Source of the DNA: Botryllus schlosseri
Lineage: Eukaryota
Length of the DNA stretch: 64,000 nt
Reading direction: 5' to 3'
NCBI GenBank assembly: GCA_051294905.1
Contig: CM119371.1
Span: forward strand, 28,832,001-28,896,000
Within the stretch, counting starts at the first letter, position 1. Every line of letters begins with the position of its first letter. The translations under genes and the position numbers were made by a program. This document shows positions 14,078-28,792 of the stretch, piece by piece. The notes beneath the pieces were generated by a model, which ran no database searches, was not told the DNA's origin, and worked only from the letters and a program-made list of their open reading frames with translations.

Positions 14078-15325
14078 CAGGGGTTCTCAACCCGCGGCCC
14101 GCGGGCCGCATGCGGCCCGCAGACGATTCTTTTGCGGCCCGCGACATCTTTCAATATGAATGCAATTACTAGTGGTACAGTATCGTTATGGAAGACCGAT
14201 GTGTCACATATGTCGAAGAACAGTTGTTGAAACGAGCCTAGAAGCTTCAAATGATAGCACGATAGTTTCTTCTGAAGTTATACATATCGCCTGATCTTAG
14301 AGAAAACGTTGCTGGCTTGGTTTCAAGCCCAGCAATCCATATTTCGAGGCATTTTTAAAATTGCCGACGACGTGACAGACGCATTGTTCAAAATTGCTTG
14401 GAATATCGATAAACCGAAGAGTCTGCTAGAGAATGTGTGACTTCAATAAAAATTTAACGTACTGTGCGAATATTCGCTGTTTCCGGAACTTGGCAGCAAT
14501 TTTAACATCACCTGACAAATTTCGAGGCTACAGTTGTCTGATTCAACACTCAACAATCACCAGAAGAGTAACAGATATCTCAGTCGATCTTTTATCGCAT
14601 GTTTTGAAACACGCATAGAATACTTTAGCCTAGCATTGGACGAATCCATCGACTGCACACAGTGCACACTGCACAGTGCACACTGCACACACATTGCAGA
14701 GCTAATTATCCAGGTGCGTTTTATAAGAGTGGACATATTTCCAGAGGAAATGCTGAGGGGGCAAACGTGGGAAGGGGACCAGTGAAAAACATCAATTTGA
14801 CAAAGCTGACTTCTGTAACTATTGGTGTAAGGCCCCAGTCATGGAAGGAAAGGAGAAGAGCTGACTGTTTGCTCAGAAATGTCCCCGAACGTCTGACTTC
14901 TTATAGCACTGAGAGCTCAAAGTGATAATGACCTCTGCAACGAAAATATCACCGTAATTTTATACTTGCTCTCTCAGGCATTGAAACAGCCAGTTCGGTA
15001 CTCTGGTGGAAGGGTTTGAAGGGTACACATACCAACATGGCAACGAATAGAATGTACGCTCCATGAAGGGATTTAGCCTACTTGCGCCACTTGAAGATAG
15101 ATATCCTGAAAAAAAAAAACAGCAACTGCAAACTTACAAACGCTCTCCATTAATGCTTTAGAATGCATAAAAATGTACTAAATTCCCGTATAAGACTTGT
15201 AAATAGGCTACTGTAGCCTAAATTTGATAGTGGTTCACGAATATATGGTGATAACGTTTTGCGGCCCGCGGCGTCTTTTAGTGTGAAAATGCGGCCCGTT
15301 ACACGAGGGAAGTTGAGAACCCCTG
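14078..15325 (+). mobile_element. Deleted hAT (Buster/SPIN-like) element with transposase remnants
   Basis: TIR CAGGGGTTCTCAAC/GTTGAGAACCCCTG; TSD CGATATAT; remnant EYFSLALDESID...LIIQVRFI. Confidence 0.9.
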
Positions 15326-17053
15326 CGATATATATACGACGCGTTGAGACAGGAAGCTTTAAAATCTCAGCTGGATGTGTGGTGAAAAGCTGGGTTGGGT
15401 TGCGAAACAATGAACTCCATTCCATTCATTGTCCGTTATAGCTTGAAATTCAATCACGGCTAATCCCAGACATTCAATTCCAACTGTGAAAAAAAAATTA
15501 CCAGCTCAGATTAATGCTGTGATAGGTGGGATGCTGTGCTTTACAAGGACTTTTATAAGAATACAGTGCAATCGACTATTATGAAACAAAATACCAGCGA
15601 TGGGAAATAATTGTGATCTTAAAATGACTAATACAACAGCGTATAGTGGCCTGATTTCATGAACTCCAGGGGTATATTTTAGGTGTCGTATGGGCTACAC
15701 GAATTTGACCGCGGTGGATAAGTGGATTTGGTGATCTACATAATTCGGAGTCTTTGTCATGACAATATGTCACAGTTCCTATGAGCTTAGCAACTGTATT
15801 TGGCGGAAACTAATCATTAAACCATGAGCGACAGCAATTGCGAGGCCTTTCCCACGCCTATGGGTGCCGCTTGAAGAAGTGATAAATTAGGTCGACATGT
15901 AATAGAATTAAGAAGTACAGATTATGACGGTGACATTGTCGCTGGTTCTGTTATTTTTTACCCGCTCATGACACACAATGTACAATGCGATGTAATGAGC
16001 AGATGGGAGAACATCGAAACGATAAAGTACGGTGTCTCGATCTGGCAAGCCCGTCTGCCTAATGCCCGATCTATCGCTCTTTTTCATTATCTTCCTTGAA
16101 TTCCTCCATGGCTGGGTGTTTTTCTGTGCATTTGTGCAATGACACTGTGAGCATAGTGAGGCAGGGGAAGGCCACCAACTCGCCCACGTATTATAGCATT
16201 TGGGAAGGTGAAAACTCGCCGCATAGGGTTCTCGAAGTGCCAGGGGCCCGTGAACTATTTCGCCCTTTGAGAGGGTGCTGCGAGGACAAGATGGTTGAAA
16301 ACCACTGATCTAGAGTCTAGAGACTCTAGACCAAAGGCCATATGTTCTGATAAGAATTAATGGAGTGAATTCCGTTTAAATGGTTTGGGCGAATGTATTA
16401 AGCTTCAACATTTAGATCAAATCCTTTCAATTGTAAATTGAAACGCAGTTTCTCGAGTAAGTAGTGAAGAGTGGTCACTCGTAATATTTAATTTACATTT
16501 GCAACATGGCAAGGAGCTCCGACCAAGAGGCGCTTTGGATGTGTAGCCTATTGACCATTTTGCCCATCTACTTCAGTGGTTCTCAACCTTGTCTCCAGCG
16601 CCCCCCCCCCCCCCCCGGGGTCGATTTGGATTTTGAAGGGGGATGAAACGCTCATGGGGCGAAATGGGGAGCGCTGAGCTCAGGGGGGCGCTGAAGAAAA
16701 ATGGTCTCGCAGTAGATGGTGTAGCCTACTAAGGACATATAACTATATGATCATATGTATCCCTGAGTTCTCATTGCAAACTAACATGCGACAAAATCTG
16801 TCAGCTCACAACGTTTTTCGCCGCGCTCATCGCGAAATATCCACTGACCTTGTTTCCATGAATGCATTGGTTCATTTTAATTCATGTAAAATGAATTTGG
16901 CGTGATTTTGGATTGCCAATTCCCCGTTATGACACTCCCGTCACGCTAGCTACTCCCAGGTCGTTTCGGCACCTTCCTATCTTTTCATTGTATCGCAGTT
17001 CTGTGCGGTTTTGTAATAGCGAGAATATTAATAAGCCGATACTATACTGATAG

Positions 17054-18039
17054 TAGGGATGGTGTGAACGTGAGGTTCATGTTCGCGTTCTGTGTGTGAA
17101 CCTCGGAAATTTAGAGGTTCGCGTTCACAACAGAACCTTGGTAGGTTCTGCACTGTGAACCTTTTGGTAAATTGTAATTTTCACCGCATTATAAGATCTT
17201 TGGCTCGAATTTATTGCATGTCAACTGCGGGGCACTCTATGCATGGTGCTGGCAGCATAGAAAAAATCAACGCTAAACGAGCATGCACCATGCACCTCGA
17301 CAACCTTAAAAGTTTTACTTGCTTTGTTGCAAAAATTTTCTCGGAAAAACCAGCTTTCCGTTTGTGAATATTTAGTGACTCTCTGCTGTGAGCGTGACCC
17401 GCAATCACACAACATCACGAGCGATATATACGTAGTCAGCGAATGATGCTTATTCAACCAATCAATGACATTGATATCGTCTTCTGATGTAAAATATCGA
17501 ACGGGCGTACGGGGTCAGTCTTGACTTCATATCTTTACTGTATCATTAAAACCAAATCCGTGCGATTAAGGTGCTTGCTACTGCTGAATAACTTGTCGTT
17601 GTTTGTAATGTCGGTAGCGAGTATAGAAACCCGTTGTACACTCTGCTCAATATCAATGTAGCAATACTCTGACTCCGAACACATTGTCCGGTCTGGCTAA
17701 GACCGTTAAGGCGTAAGCTTATATTCCTTGGTAAGTCATCGTCGAAATTGTTGGCAAAGCGACGGAATGTATTGATTTTATGCAATTATTATATCCTTTG
17801 ATTACCGCGGTTGATACATTTAGCGACGTTTAAAACGCCAATATGTACTTCAGCATTGTGGCATAATGTGGACCGAGTCTTCGCTAGGTATCGTGAACAT
17901 TAATATAGGCTATCACTTCATTGAAAGATAGGGTTAGCAATATGACGTCACGAGGTTCACGTTCGTGTTCACACAGAACCTTTCAAAAAGGTTCGTGTTC
18001 ACACGAACCTGAACCTTTCAGAGGTTCACACCATCCCTA
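17054..18039 (+). mobile_element. hAT MITE
   Basis: TIR TAGGGATGGTGTGAAC/GTTCACACCATCCCTA; TSD ACTGATAG; GAACCT/AGGTTC subterminal repeats. Confidence 0.93.
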
Positions 18040-18870
18040 ACTGATAGCTCGTGTTATTTTACACAAAATGTTTTGAACTAGGTATTTTATCCTGCAGCGC
18101 ACTGCGTGTCGAAATCGAAAAGGCACTGTAGGCTACTTTACAGCTATTGAGAGTGAGGCCATTTGTACACTAATGATGTTTTGAAGCTATTTGGCCAAAA
18201 TAATTACCTAAATATACTTGTATAGGCTAAAATCTTCAGAATATTTCTTCATCGATGGTAACGCTTAGTGTTGTTACCCCCATTCTTGTTAAAGTTAATA
18301 GCTTGTTGCACGACTAAATTTAATGTGAGCAAATCACTACCATATTCTCAGTTGATTTGATAGTCACACAAACATATTCTCAGTTGATTTGATTGTCACA
18401 CAAAGCAATAAAACAAAACCCAATAGAATGACCTTCCCCGTATTGCCAATCGCCGAAGAGAATTCGGGATGTGTATCAGAGTTGGATCAATTGTAATTTG
18501 TAATTTAGTTGAATGTAATTATTACATTTTTTCATGTAATTGTAATTGTAGTAATTGAAGCATTTCTATTTTGTGTAATTGTATTTTGATAAAAATTTTG
18601 CTTAATTACAATTTCAATTACATTGTTATGGAAACCTGACAATCACAACGTAAAATAATTAATCAATCATTTATTCGTCACACCAGTGAAAATCCGGTAC
18701 GGACCAGGATGACGACGAGGGGACGCAACCCGCAACCACAGTCGTCACCTGTAATAGTTGCTGGTGTTCTATGCGTGCCCCGTTATAACTAGATAATTCA
18801 GCCATGCTAAACTGTTTCCCCTACTTCAGTAGCAACAGAAAACCTTGCGAATTACTATTATAGGCTAAAC

Positions 18871-19173
18871 CAGTGGTTCTCAAACTGGGGGACGTGCCCC
18901 CTTTGGGCAGCGTGAAAGCACCTGAATGGAGGGGGGCGCGAAGCTCCGGTAAACTGAAATTTTTTCCGCGCCTGGCGCGATTCCCCTCCGTTTCATAGTT
19001 ATTGCTCTGTGTATACTGTACATAGTCCGAATTTCATTAACCATGCATACCATCAAACTATCTGTAAGGATTGCTAACATTCTGGTTTCATTGTGTGATA
19101 TGACGATAACGGGGGGGGGGGGCACGAAATATTTCACTGTCATAAAGAGGGGCGTGTCTATAAAGAACCAGTG
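18871..19173 (+). mobile_element. hAT MITE
   Basis: CAGTGGTTCTCAAACTGG start; TSD GGCTAAAC; same family as 42429-42751. Confidence 0.85.
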
Positions 19174-19292
19174 GGCTAAACGAAATCTTAATATTTCAAA
19201 AATTAATTAACAGCAAATAAACTCTTCTGAAACCTGTGCTGAACACGTCTTCATTTTATTAATATCAAGCGTTTAACTCCCTTCAAATTTAG

Positions 19293-22200
19293 GTGTATTA
19301 TCATCAATGAAACTGATGTCCCTGTCATCCCACAAGAAGTTGTAGAGGCACCAGAGGCACCGATAGATGTACGAGGTTCCCAGAGAGGCCTAGCTCGGAG
19401 ACGACGGATCGTAGACTCCCACTTTACGAATGAAATTTAATATCTTATCTTAAATAAAGAAACTGCGGTATAACTCGTAGGCTAAAACCGAACGAAATGG
19501 AACAGTGTAGAAAGAAATGAAGTGGAACAGTAACTATCAATAATGCACAGTTACATGGGCATAGCGAAAAAAGCAATACTATCACGGTGCGGTGTTGCAA
19601 GTCAGGGCTTATGCAGTTAAATGGGCTTAGCAAAAGAAGCGTATTTATGTCACTGTGCTGCAATTAGAGGCATAGTAACTATCAATTAATGCACAGATAA
19701 ATGAGTACGCACGGCAAAAGAAAAGGATTCATGTCAGTATGTCACATTGCTGCAAGTACAAGCATACTAACATCGATAATGGGAATAGCACAAACTATTT
19801 ACATCACGGTGCTGCAAGCAGAAGCAATGCATCTTAAATTGAAAGCTTTTATGAAGTAGGTAGACTAGTTTCTACTGGGTCTGGTGAAGGCAAGACAAGC
19901 CTTCAAGCTTTTGCCTTACATCTACTATCAACAGCTGCTAGGTCACAAGTGCCAAAACTGCAAATCAGCAAGGGACTGTTGTTGCTTCCCTACTAAAGAG
20001 CCTTTGCTGTTGCAAGCAGTCAATTTCCAATTTATTCTTTTCCGCTTTCAGCTCATGCTCCAGGAACATGGCATCCGATATGAAGTTATTAACTTCAGCT
20101 CTTTTTGGTTTCTTTCTTGGCATCCCCGTCTTTTCTGTTTCTTTTACCACTGGCCTTGAAGCCGGAGTTGCAGTCGCGAAAGAAATTGGGATATATGATA
20201 TAGAAAGCACTCATTGCATAGCTTGCTTTGCTCAGAATGTTAGTATTTTAGTCATAAACGCTCATTAATAATAAACAATATCGATGTCAACATCACATCG
20301 CGGATATGTCCCAGACCATGATTACCATTGGCTGGCTATGGTCCTCGTGGCTATCAATCACTGAGCATGAGCATTGCTAATTCTGGTCAGTGGAGCGATT
20401 TGAGGTATGGCACAAATTTGGTACGTACAGGAGTCGCAGCTAAGCGGTAACTCAACACGCAGCAAAACCTACATAACCAGAGTCAGCAATGCTCAAATAT
20501 CAACAGCGAATACCATTGACTACTAATTGTGGGGATCACTTGAAGTGACCATTATTATGGCAAACCGAACCCGAAGATGTCGATGCTACGGAAAGGTCCA
20601 CAAACATCACTTGACCAGAATCAAAATCGTTCTGGAGTGGCTCGAATTGTTCTGGTATCAAGCCATGGATTATCTGTGACATCTCTGGTACTGCATTGGT
20701 TGGAGGACCTCCGCCAGTTGCAGCCAGGTGGGCACTCTGTAATATCTTCTCTCGAACTGTTGAAATGCATACGCTTCGCATTAGAACTGGCCTCGGCATA
20801 TTCCTAGAATTTCATCAAAAAGCTTACCTCGTCTTCATGTTATTCCAACATTTAAGCTGCTTGGATGATACCTTTTGAGCATCCGGGCCTTTTGAGCATC
20901 CGAGAAGGAATCGTATTGAACGGCACGATCTTCTCATGCAGCATTTTTCCTTTGGATAGAACTTCCATCATTTCTGTTATCCTCAGGTACAACCAGCTTC
21001 CCGCTCACACGAGTCATAAGACGGCTCTTGTCAGCCAAACTAAACCTTAATTTTGACATACTGTAACTGCAACAATGTCTCTGTTGAAATCCAACATTAT
21101 GGTCTGCTTTATCGGAGCATTATCATGCGACAGACACATCGAGGTAACTATGAAAAAGCAAGGCCTGTATGAATACTGCCACATCACTGCCATACTTCAC
21201 AACTCCCATTCCATTGATATACAGTTATTTATACACTATTATACAGCTTATTAAATCCAGATATTACATGAAAATGATCGAACTCGGTGGACTTTACAAT
21301 GGTCTATACCGGTATAGTTTACCATTAACATCATAAATCCGATTAATATAATATGTGCACAGGCCATCATCCCGCAGCATACTACCAGGAAAGTCAGTGC
21401 AAAGCGTCCGAGTAACCAGGGCTTTGGAGCCGGAGCCCGGAGCCCCGGAGCCGTGCATCTTTACCTGAGCTGGAGCGGGAGCTCTACACAAAATTCAGCC
21501 TGAGACGGAGCCGGCTCCGGCGTATTTCATTAGATGCTATTATATGTGCAATAAACCACATCTGCTGAGTTCACATAATTCCACAGCAGGCGTTCGCGAA
21601 ATTACGAATCTTTTCCTCTTTGACGCCACCATTTCTGACTAACCATGTTCCTGGGGATTTAACAGCAGAGCAGTCATATGTTCAATGTTCAATTTTCATA
21701 CACGAGTGCCCAACCTCGGTATGCTAGATATGCTTGTGAGTATTGTGGGTATTCGGCATACCCGCAATTTCATCATCAGCACAACCTTGTTGGCCGATTG
21801 TACAGTTCGAAAATAACGATCACTATGTATTACGCGAAATGGGAGAGAGGATAAAAACGTGACTTCGTTGCACATGTCGATATGACAAGCACGCGCCGAG
21901 AAATTCCATCTCATCGTTGCTATGAATCGCGGATGAGGAAATACTCGTTCTTTCGTGGTAGTTTTTTTAATCGGGCCGCGAAATTTGACAGTGTTATTGT
22001 GCATGCAACTATGCATGCGAATTAGAATTCATTACTCCACATGATCGTCATTCACTCCAGTACGGATTTTCGAGCGTAAATAGGGGATGACAGAAGAGTA
22101 ACCCAAATCGTCGTTACACTCAGCGAACAATTGTCGCGGTTCGAGCTGCTCGATGCGATGTCAGGACCCCATGGTATTCGATGTTGGAGACAAAATACTG

Positions 22201-23218
22201 ATTTGTTATGCGATTTCGAATTTGTAATCATTTGTTTCTTGAATTCATTCTTGATGTCTGCTTGATACTCTACTAGTCCTGGATTATCGCGCACTCTGAC
22301 TTGTAAATGAGCATATGTAGTTTAATACGATACGGGCATGGCGCAATGTGCATGGCACAGTGTTTAATTCGAATATTTGATTCGTTTCAACGGGAAAATA
22401 TATTCCGATAAACTTGATCGACACCGGATGGACTGATAACGAGTGCACCAATATCAAATTTCAAACCATTGGCTATTTGGTACAAATAGAATTTGTATTG
22501 ATCAGGTCGTGATATGTGCCCATATTACCCTTACTGCAGTTACAGTTGAATAATAATCGCACATTTAAGGATTGAATTCAGCTGCATGGCTTAATGTTAA
22601 CGAGTACGGTGCCAGTGTTAAAACCCGCATCAGAATTTTAATGCTGTACACAGCAATGGCATGGAGTAAAGTGCGATCTAGCGCAACTATGATGTTATCG
22701 ACAATTGACAAGTATTCATTATGTCGTCACGAGCCGGCACCTAGGTCTTCGTTACTGCATCCGATGTTGCTGACGGCTGACAGACTCTGGATTAGCCTAC
22801 TATAGATAACTAACCTACGGGTAGATTAGTAATCTATATAGACCAGGGGTGGCCCGCAGGCCGCGGGTTGCCCACCACTTATATGGACAGACACCTTCGA
22901 TAGTTTTCAGAGCAGGAGCCGGAGCCGGAGCAGTGGTAATAATGTGGCGCTGGAGCGGGAGCTAATGTATGATAAAAGAAAGCGCCGGAGCTGGAGCAAT
23001 GCAAATTTACGACTGCTCCAAAGCCCTGCGAGTAACGCCTTCAGACTGCCCCCGGCTCGACTCAGAAAACGCGCACTCGACTGCCAAATTATCAGCTCGT
23101 CAGCTACCGCGCATCGTCTCTAAATACCAAACAGCTCGAAGTCGAGCTCAACAGACCGCGAAGTACGAATCCAGCCCTGCTCAAACTCATTGAGTTGCGC
23201 TCTCTGAATACCGACGCC
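19293..23218. mobile_element. PIF/Harbinger remnant: transposase C-terminus (+) facing a Myb/SANT gene (-)
   Basis: Plus 19293-19440 ...GLARRRRIVDSHF after a TTTAG acceptor. Minus ~19965-21020: KCWNNMKTR, TGGGPP and a coiled-coil tail LEHELKAEKNKLEI. Terminus-like ...TCTGAATACCGACGCC at ~23218. Confidence 0.6.
21417..23028 (+). mobile_element. hAT MITE (GGAGCC-repeat family)
   Basis: TIR CAGGGCTTTGGAGC/GCTCCAAAGCCCTG; TSD CGAGTAAC. Confidence 0.93.
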
Positions 23219-25098
23219 TTGCTAAACACCTCGCTACGCAGAACATGAGCAGTGAGCAGCTCCGCAATCAACAGGCAATCATAATACTGCCTGCGCTATT
23301 ATTAATTATCTCCTACGTGGTCACCGGTCGGTCTACCCTTACGGGAACGGGAATGCGAATGTGTTGTCAAAGCAGTGCTTTCATTTCTGGGTTATTGTGT
23401 CCAGCAGCTGTATTAAAAACAGTTGGGGAAAGACTGTACTTCAACACGAAACAATATCCATGCGCGATTCGCTTTAGTCAGTTGGGATTGTTGTCACCCG
23501 CTATTCACTGCGTTTAGTTCCAGGAGGATAGGGGCAGCACGTGATTTCCGTGATTGAGATGTTTCATACGTCTACTCATACAGTCCCGACACATCATTTG
23601 TCTGCTATCCAGGTACTGGTATAATTAGGAATTTTTCAATCACATCATGGATAAACAATAAACATACTCAATGCTGCGGCAGCCGAACGGAAAGTACGCA
23701 AGTTGACTTCTGCAACAAAGGTATAATCAGTGGCTAAGCTGATGACTTTACAAATAAGACGATTGTTCTGTTTTATTCTCCTGCAACAAGCAGATTTCCA
23801 CATTGTAGTCACTGCAGTGGTTCTCAACCTTTTTGACCCGCGGACTATTTTCAAGCTCGCCTATGTATCCGCGGACTCAAGCTTTATATTAACGAAAAGT
23901 AGGTTTTTTGGTTTCTATCCAAGAGAGTGTATTACGGTAACAATAAAAAAGCAAGCTCTGTTTTCACCCAACCCACACTTAATGAGAGGCTTGTCCTTGA
24001 TCTTGCTTGACAAGTTTATCAAATTCCGGAATTATGGTTGTCAATGTAGGCTTACATCTGATGTGATCTTCTGGTTGTAGTCTATTGCTATACTTCTTTT
24101 GTTTACCGTGAGAGTTGAAAAGCCAGATTCACACAGGTAGGCTATGTGGCCGGAAATAGAAATAGCAAAAGAGCTGTTGCTGCTTGCTAGCAAAGATCTG
24201 AAAGACTGTGCTCCATCGACTGCACATTTGGCCAAAATTGATTCAAGGAAGCTTTTTTAAACTTGTCTTTCCACATCTATCGACTTGCAATTCAAGCAAC
24301 TGTTCAGTAATGCAGTCCATATCTGGAGTTCTACTTATAGACAACTATAGATTGTCTTTGTGATTAGCACATTTCCCTACGATTTATTAATATCCGAATA
24401 ACGTCTGTAAGTGAAAGAGTCGCAATAATCAATTACCAATACTCAGCGTATATCGCGCCGCAAACGTGTGCTATGTGCCTACGTGCAGGACCGTAACAGC
24501 ACTTCGTCAGCCCCCCCCCCACAAAACGTTGGTTTTGGGCCCCCACAGGGTGATAAATCCAACTTCTGGGGGACTTCGCCCCAAACAGCTTCGCCCCCTC
24601 TTCCGATACCTTTTTACCCCTACTTCTCAGCTAGATTTTTGTACTGTTGAGTTAGCCATCTCGTTTCGAATGAACCGCGCGAAGCGCGAAAATATTCTAC
24701 ATCTGGTCAACATGATCGGGAATTGCATATATATTGCTGTAAACTTTTTATCATGTCTCTGCTCATGTAATCAGATTTACCGGTAGAACTGAGTGAGGCG
24801 TTTCGGAAAATGATATAATTCATGCGTATTTTTTCTTGGGGGAAGGGTACCTAATAATCAAGAAATTCGACACCATTAAATCCCGCTTAGCGCGATTTTT
24901 TTTTAAAGTTGCATAAATTTTAAAAAAATACTCTAAAAAAATTTATTTTAATTCACGAAAATACCTGGCATATTCGGTATGTGAATTGTGAATACTACTA
25001 ATCATTAAATTCCGAGTCCATTCGTACTAAATTCAAGTCAATCCGACCAAAATTGTACAGTTTATGACCATGATAGAATCGCTTATGACAATTTTAAC

Positions 25099-27443
25099 CA
25101 GTGGCGGCTCGTGACAATATCGGGCGGTGGGGCAAGGGCTGCGAGCGACTTTTATCAACATGACGTCACAATGGCGTTTTCCAACGTTAAAAAGTAACTT
25201 TAATATGATGGTCACATGAATTTCCCGACAACAGTGATTTGAACGTAGGTGCCGCGAGAGGTTTGCCGGTGAGCCGTGACTTGAAGTGTGGTAACAAATG
25301 TTTTATTCATTTTTTTTTAATCAAAGGATTATTTTACATAATGTACGTGAACTAAGAATCGTCCCTATGCCACGAATCAATTATCAGGTCATCCTTAGTA
25401 GCATGCGTTATGATTTCATGGTAGAGTTAGAGATTACGCAAATCGATAGGCCGTCCGAAAGTGTTTCGTACACGATCCTGGTGTGTTACGACCACTGAGC
25501 TGGTGGTTACGAGTTACGAACAGGTGATAGGCAACCAAAGCGGAGGTACCCGGCGTACGATTGGATCAATGGACTGGACAATTTCTAGACCTTTAATTTT
25601 CGCTCTAAAGGCAACTGCGTAAACTAGCCTACGTACGGAGCAAAGATTCAATACGATTCATGTTCGCACTTGACTTGACCAGACTAATTCCAATGACTAG
25701 AACTCGAGAGATTGCGTAAGCCTAACTGCAAAGGTCAACGACTTCGGACACATACGCAATTGTTATCTCATAGATTGGGCCTGTCATATTGAATCCAGAA
25801 CATCAATTTGAATGGTCTTTGAAGAACTAAGGACAGCAGCCTCGGAACTTCGGTCTCGGAACAACATAGTACATTTTGGCCTTGAAACTGGAGATTGTGA
25901 CGCAACACATACGGCTTACTGTCTATAAGTCTGCTGCGAAATAGCCGTTGGAAAATATATTAATCAATAAATACATGAATGAAAGCCGTAAACTTAGCAT
26001 ACTGTTACATGAAACATGGCCATGCATGAAATCATCGAGAAGTAGCATTCGCAATCTCATAACCCATTCCGGCATGGTACACTGTCAAAATCAATACAAA
26101 CAGACGAACACCGAACTTTGAGTAAAATAGATCGAGGAATAGGCTGATCGAATGATCAGCTGTTAGCCGACATCGAAAATGAAATAGCTATCGCATTTGA
26201 CAGGGGATTGTAAGCAAATGGTTTGCAGGCCACAATTTCACAGTGAAATGCACATTGGCGAACATAAAATTATGTGAATATTTGAATGCAAACCGAGAAA
26301 CTTAGTTAGCTGTTTCATGCGATCATCGAGATATACCATTGGAAATATCATCACCGATCTCGTTATGGAACGCAGACTAGATTAGCACAGACAGACACCG
26401 GCTTTTGCGTGAGATCCGCAATGATGTGGGTAGGCTAAGTATCAGATCAGCGCGCATCTCTACCATACTCGACCTCGAAAACGAAATAACTGCCTCAATC
26501 ATTGAGCGTCAACTTTAAGACTTGGCACCGCGTTCGATACTAAAATCAAGACATACCGTGCAAAAGCTCATGACAGATCTAGGTATGGAACATCGTTAAA
26601 ATCAATAGAGACCAATAACGGCTTTTGCGTAAATCTGTTAGCGATAAATGAAGAGTCAGCTCTCACTCGACTTTGGAAACGAAATTACCACCCACATAGT
26701 TCAGTGACAAACTTAAAACTTGTTACAGCGGTCGATACTAACATTAAGACTTACTGTGCCAAATGTCATGACCGATCTCGGTATGGAACGTCAAAATCAA
26801 TGGAGACCAATGCCGGCTTTTGAGTAAAATCTGTTTGCTGTACAATGTACATGATAGATCAGCACACACTGAACTTCGGAAACGAAATTACTACCCTTAT
26901 CTTTAAGTAGCAAGCCTGAAACTTGGAGCAGTGCTAAATACTACCTTCACGACATATCATACCAAGTTTCAAGAATTATCATGGTGCGAAACACCGTCAA
27001 AATCGACATATACCAGCAAAGGTCGACTCAACGCATATCATGGTAACCGAGTTCAGATATAGATACGATTGTTACATCACACCTTAAGGGCGACAGGCAT
27101 AGTTGCCCCACTTGCTCGGCCATTTTACGAATAAGAGAGAGTAAATCACCGTTTCTTTATTGTGCGCGGCTTTGAGAGAATAGATAGTGAAAGCTTGTTA
27201 TGAGCGCTACCGGGGCAAGCCCCGGCTAGGCATTCACAAAGCGAAAACACAGAAGAGAATTCGATTTTCGCAGAGACTTCGCTATGTATGGGCATTTGTT
27301 AGCGAAAGCACAAGAATAATGCGGGTTTCGCTGTGATCTCGGTATATACTGATTGCTGTGCGTCTATAAATGGTTAAATTGTTATTGAACAGAATTTTAG
27401 GTGGGGCAATGCCCCAGTTGCCCTATAGGACGAGCCGCCACTG
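25099..27443 (+). mobile_element. Non-autonomous hAT element with an internal ~200-bp tandem array
   Basis: TIR CAGTGGCGGCTCGT/ACGAGCCGCCACTG; TSD ATTTTAAC. Confidence 0.92.
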
Positions 27444-27517
27444 ATTTTAACTATAGGCTACCTCGGACATAAAGTTTGAAAAATTCCAGTTGGCGATAAT
27501 AGGGGTTTATACCTGGC

Positions 27518-27625
27518 ATGTTTGGTATCAAACCAGGAAGATGCTACAGATGTGCAAAGCATACCCGTTTTGCTTGTGATACTTGCAACCAACTGGTTTG
27601 CCCAAGACACAGAAAATCTCAGAAG
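27518..27625 (+). pseudogene. piggyBac-like transposase C-terminal cysteine-rich domain remnant
   Basis: GRCYRCAKHTRFACDTCNQLVCPRH fits the CxxC...CxxC...CxxH pattern. Confidence 0.6.
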
Positions 27626-28792
27626 AACGAATACTATTTGCAGTGGTGTTTCGTTGTTCTTGCGTTTGAAATATACGTGGTGAAACATCGCTTATTGAGG
27701 TATCTCTGATATTGCTTTCAAAACTATATTCGCTGCAGTATAATTTATTCACGTGAAGGCATTTCGTATGGCCCTTATCAACAAGAGTCGGTACAATAAC
27801 AAGCATATAGAAAGAGATTCAATTGAAATCCAAATTGACAAAATGTGACGTAACAATGCAATAATAAAAAGTAACGGTAGCTGGCCAAAGTCAGCTGTAC
27901 CAGTACTCCGGTAGTCATAATAAAGGGATAAGAAAGAATCAAATTATACAATACATAGAAGACGTTACATAGACAATTAGCGGTATCCAGATTGTATACA
28001 AACTCGTTCTCCTTCTTATGGTGGCGTTAATTATTGATAAGGGAAACCTGAAAAGCCACCGAGGTAATAAATTCTACTGTAATGAATGTATAGTTCTGAA
28101 AGCACTATTCAAGTTGAGTACCGCCAGTCACATATTTGAGGCATCCATGCATTTTTTATGACAGCTATTAGGGTTACTGACATTTCAAAATAGGTATTAC
28201 GCAGCCTAATTCTCAAATCGGAATTTGACGAAACCGGACCAGGACGGGGCTCATTCACTTTCGGACCAAAAAGCTATTTTCTCCGTAAGGCTGCAATGAC
28301 TTTGGTCCGAAAGTGAACGAGCCCCGTAGGTCTGTCAATTACATGTTCCGAAATCATATCGGAAGTGGAAGAAATAATTGAAAATTTTGATGTTTCGGTA
28401 GATTTTCGACTTCTCAATCTAAAACGAAGTCCGTAGACCGCTAGATTAAGATCCATGATCGTTTCTTAAGGTCTTATCGATATAAAATTACCTAAAATAA
28501 TATATTCACTATGAGACTGGCGTCTTTCCATTGAAAAACACGAGGAAATACAAGGTTGACAATCTGTCAACGTGTGTGCCGATAAAGTTACTTAAAATTC
28601 CTGGGCTCGCGGACTCACCCAGGACCTTCCGCTGACTCAAATGAGTCCGCGGACTCGGGGTTGAGAAACACTGTATGTAGTGTATATAGCCTATAGCGTA
28701 TTCACGACCATTGACTACCCGGATATTGGGATATGATATGACTTTACGCACATCACAGCAAGCAGCGAGAGTGGTTATCCGTTGGTTATCTG

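Larger units (their letters stand above)
23815..28673 (-). mobile_element. Composite hAT element with a transposase C-terminal remnant and nested insertions
   Basis: CAGTGGTTCTCAACC ... GGTTGAGAAACACTG with CCGCGGAC subterminal motifs; YLCESGFSTL at ~24110-24145 (-). TSD not matched. Confidence 0.6.
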
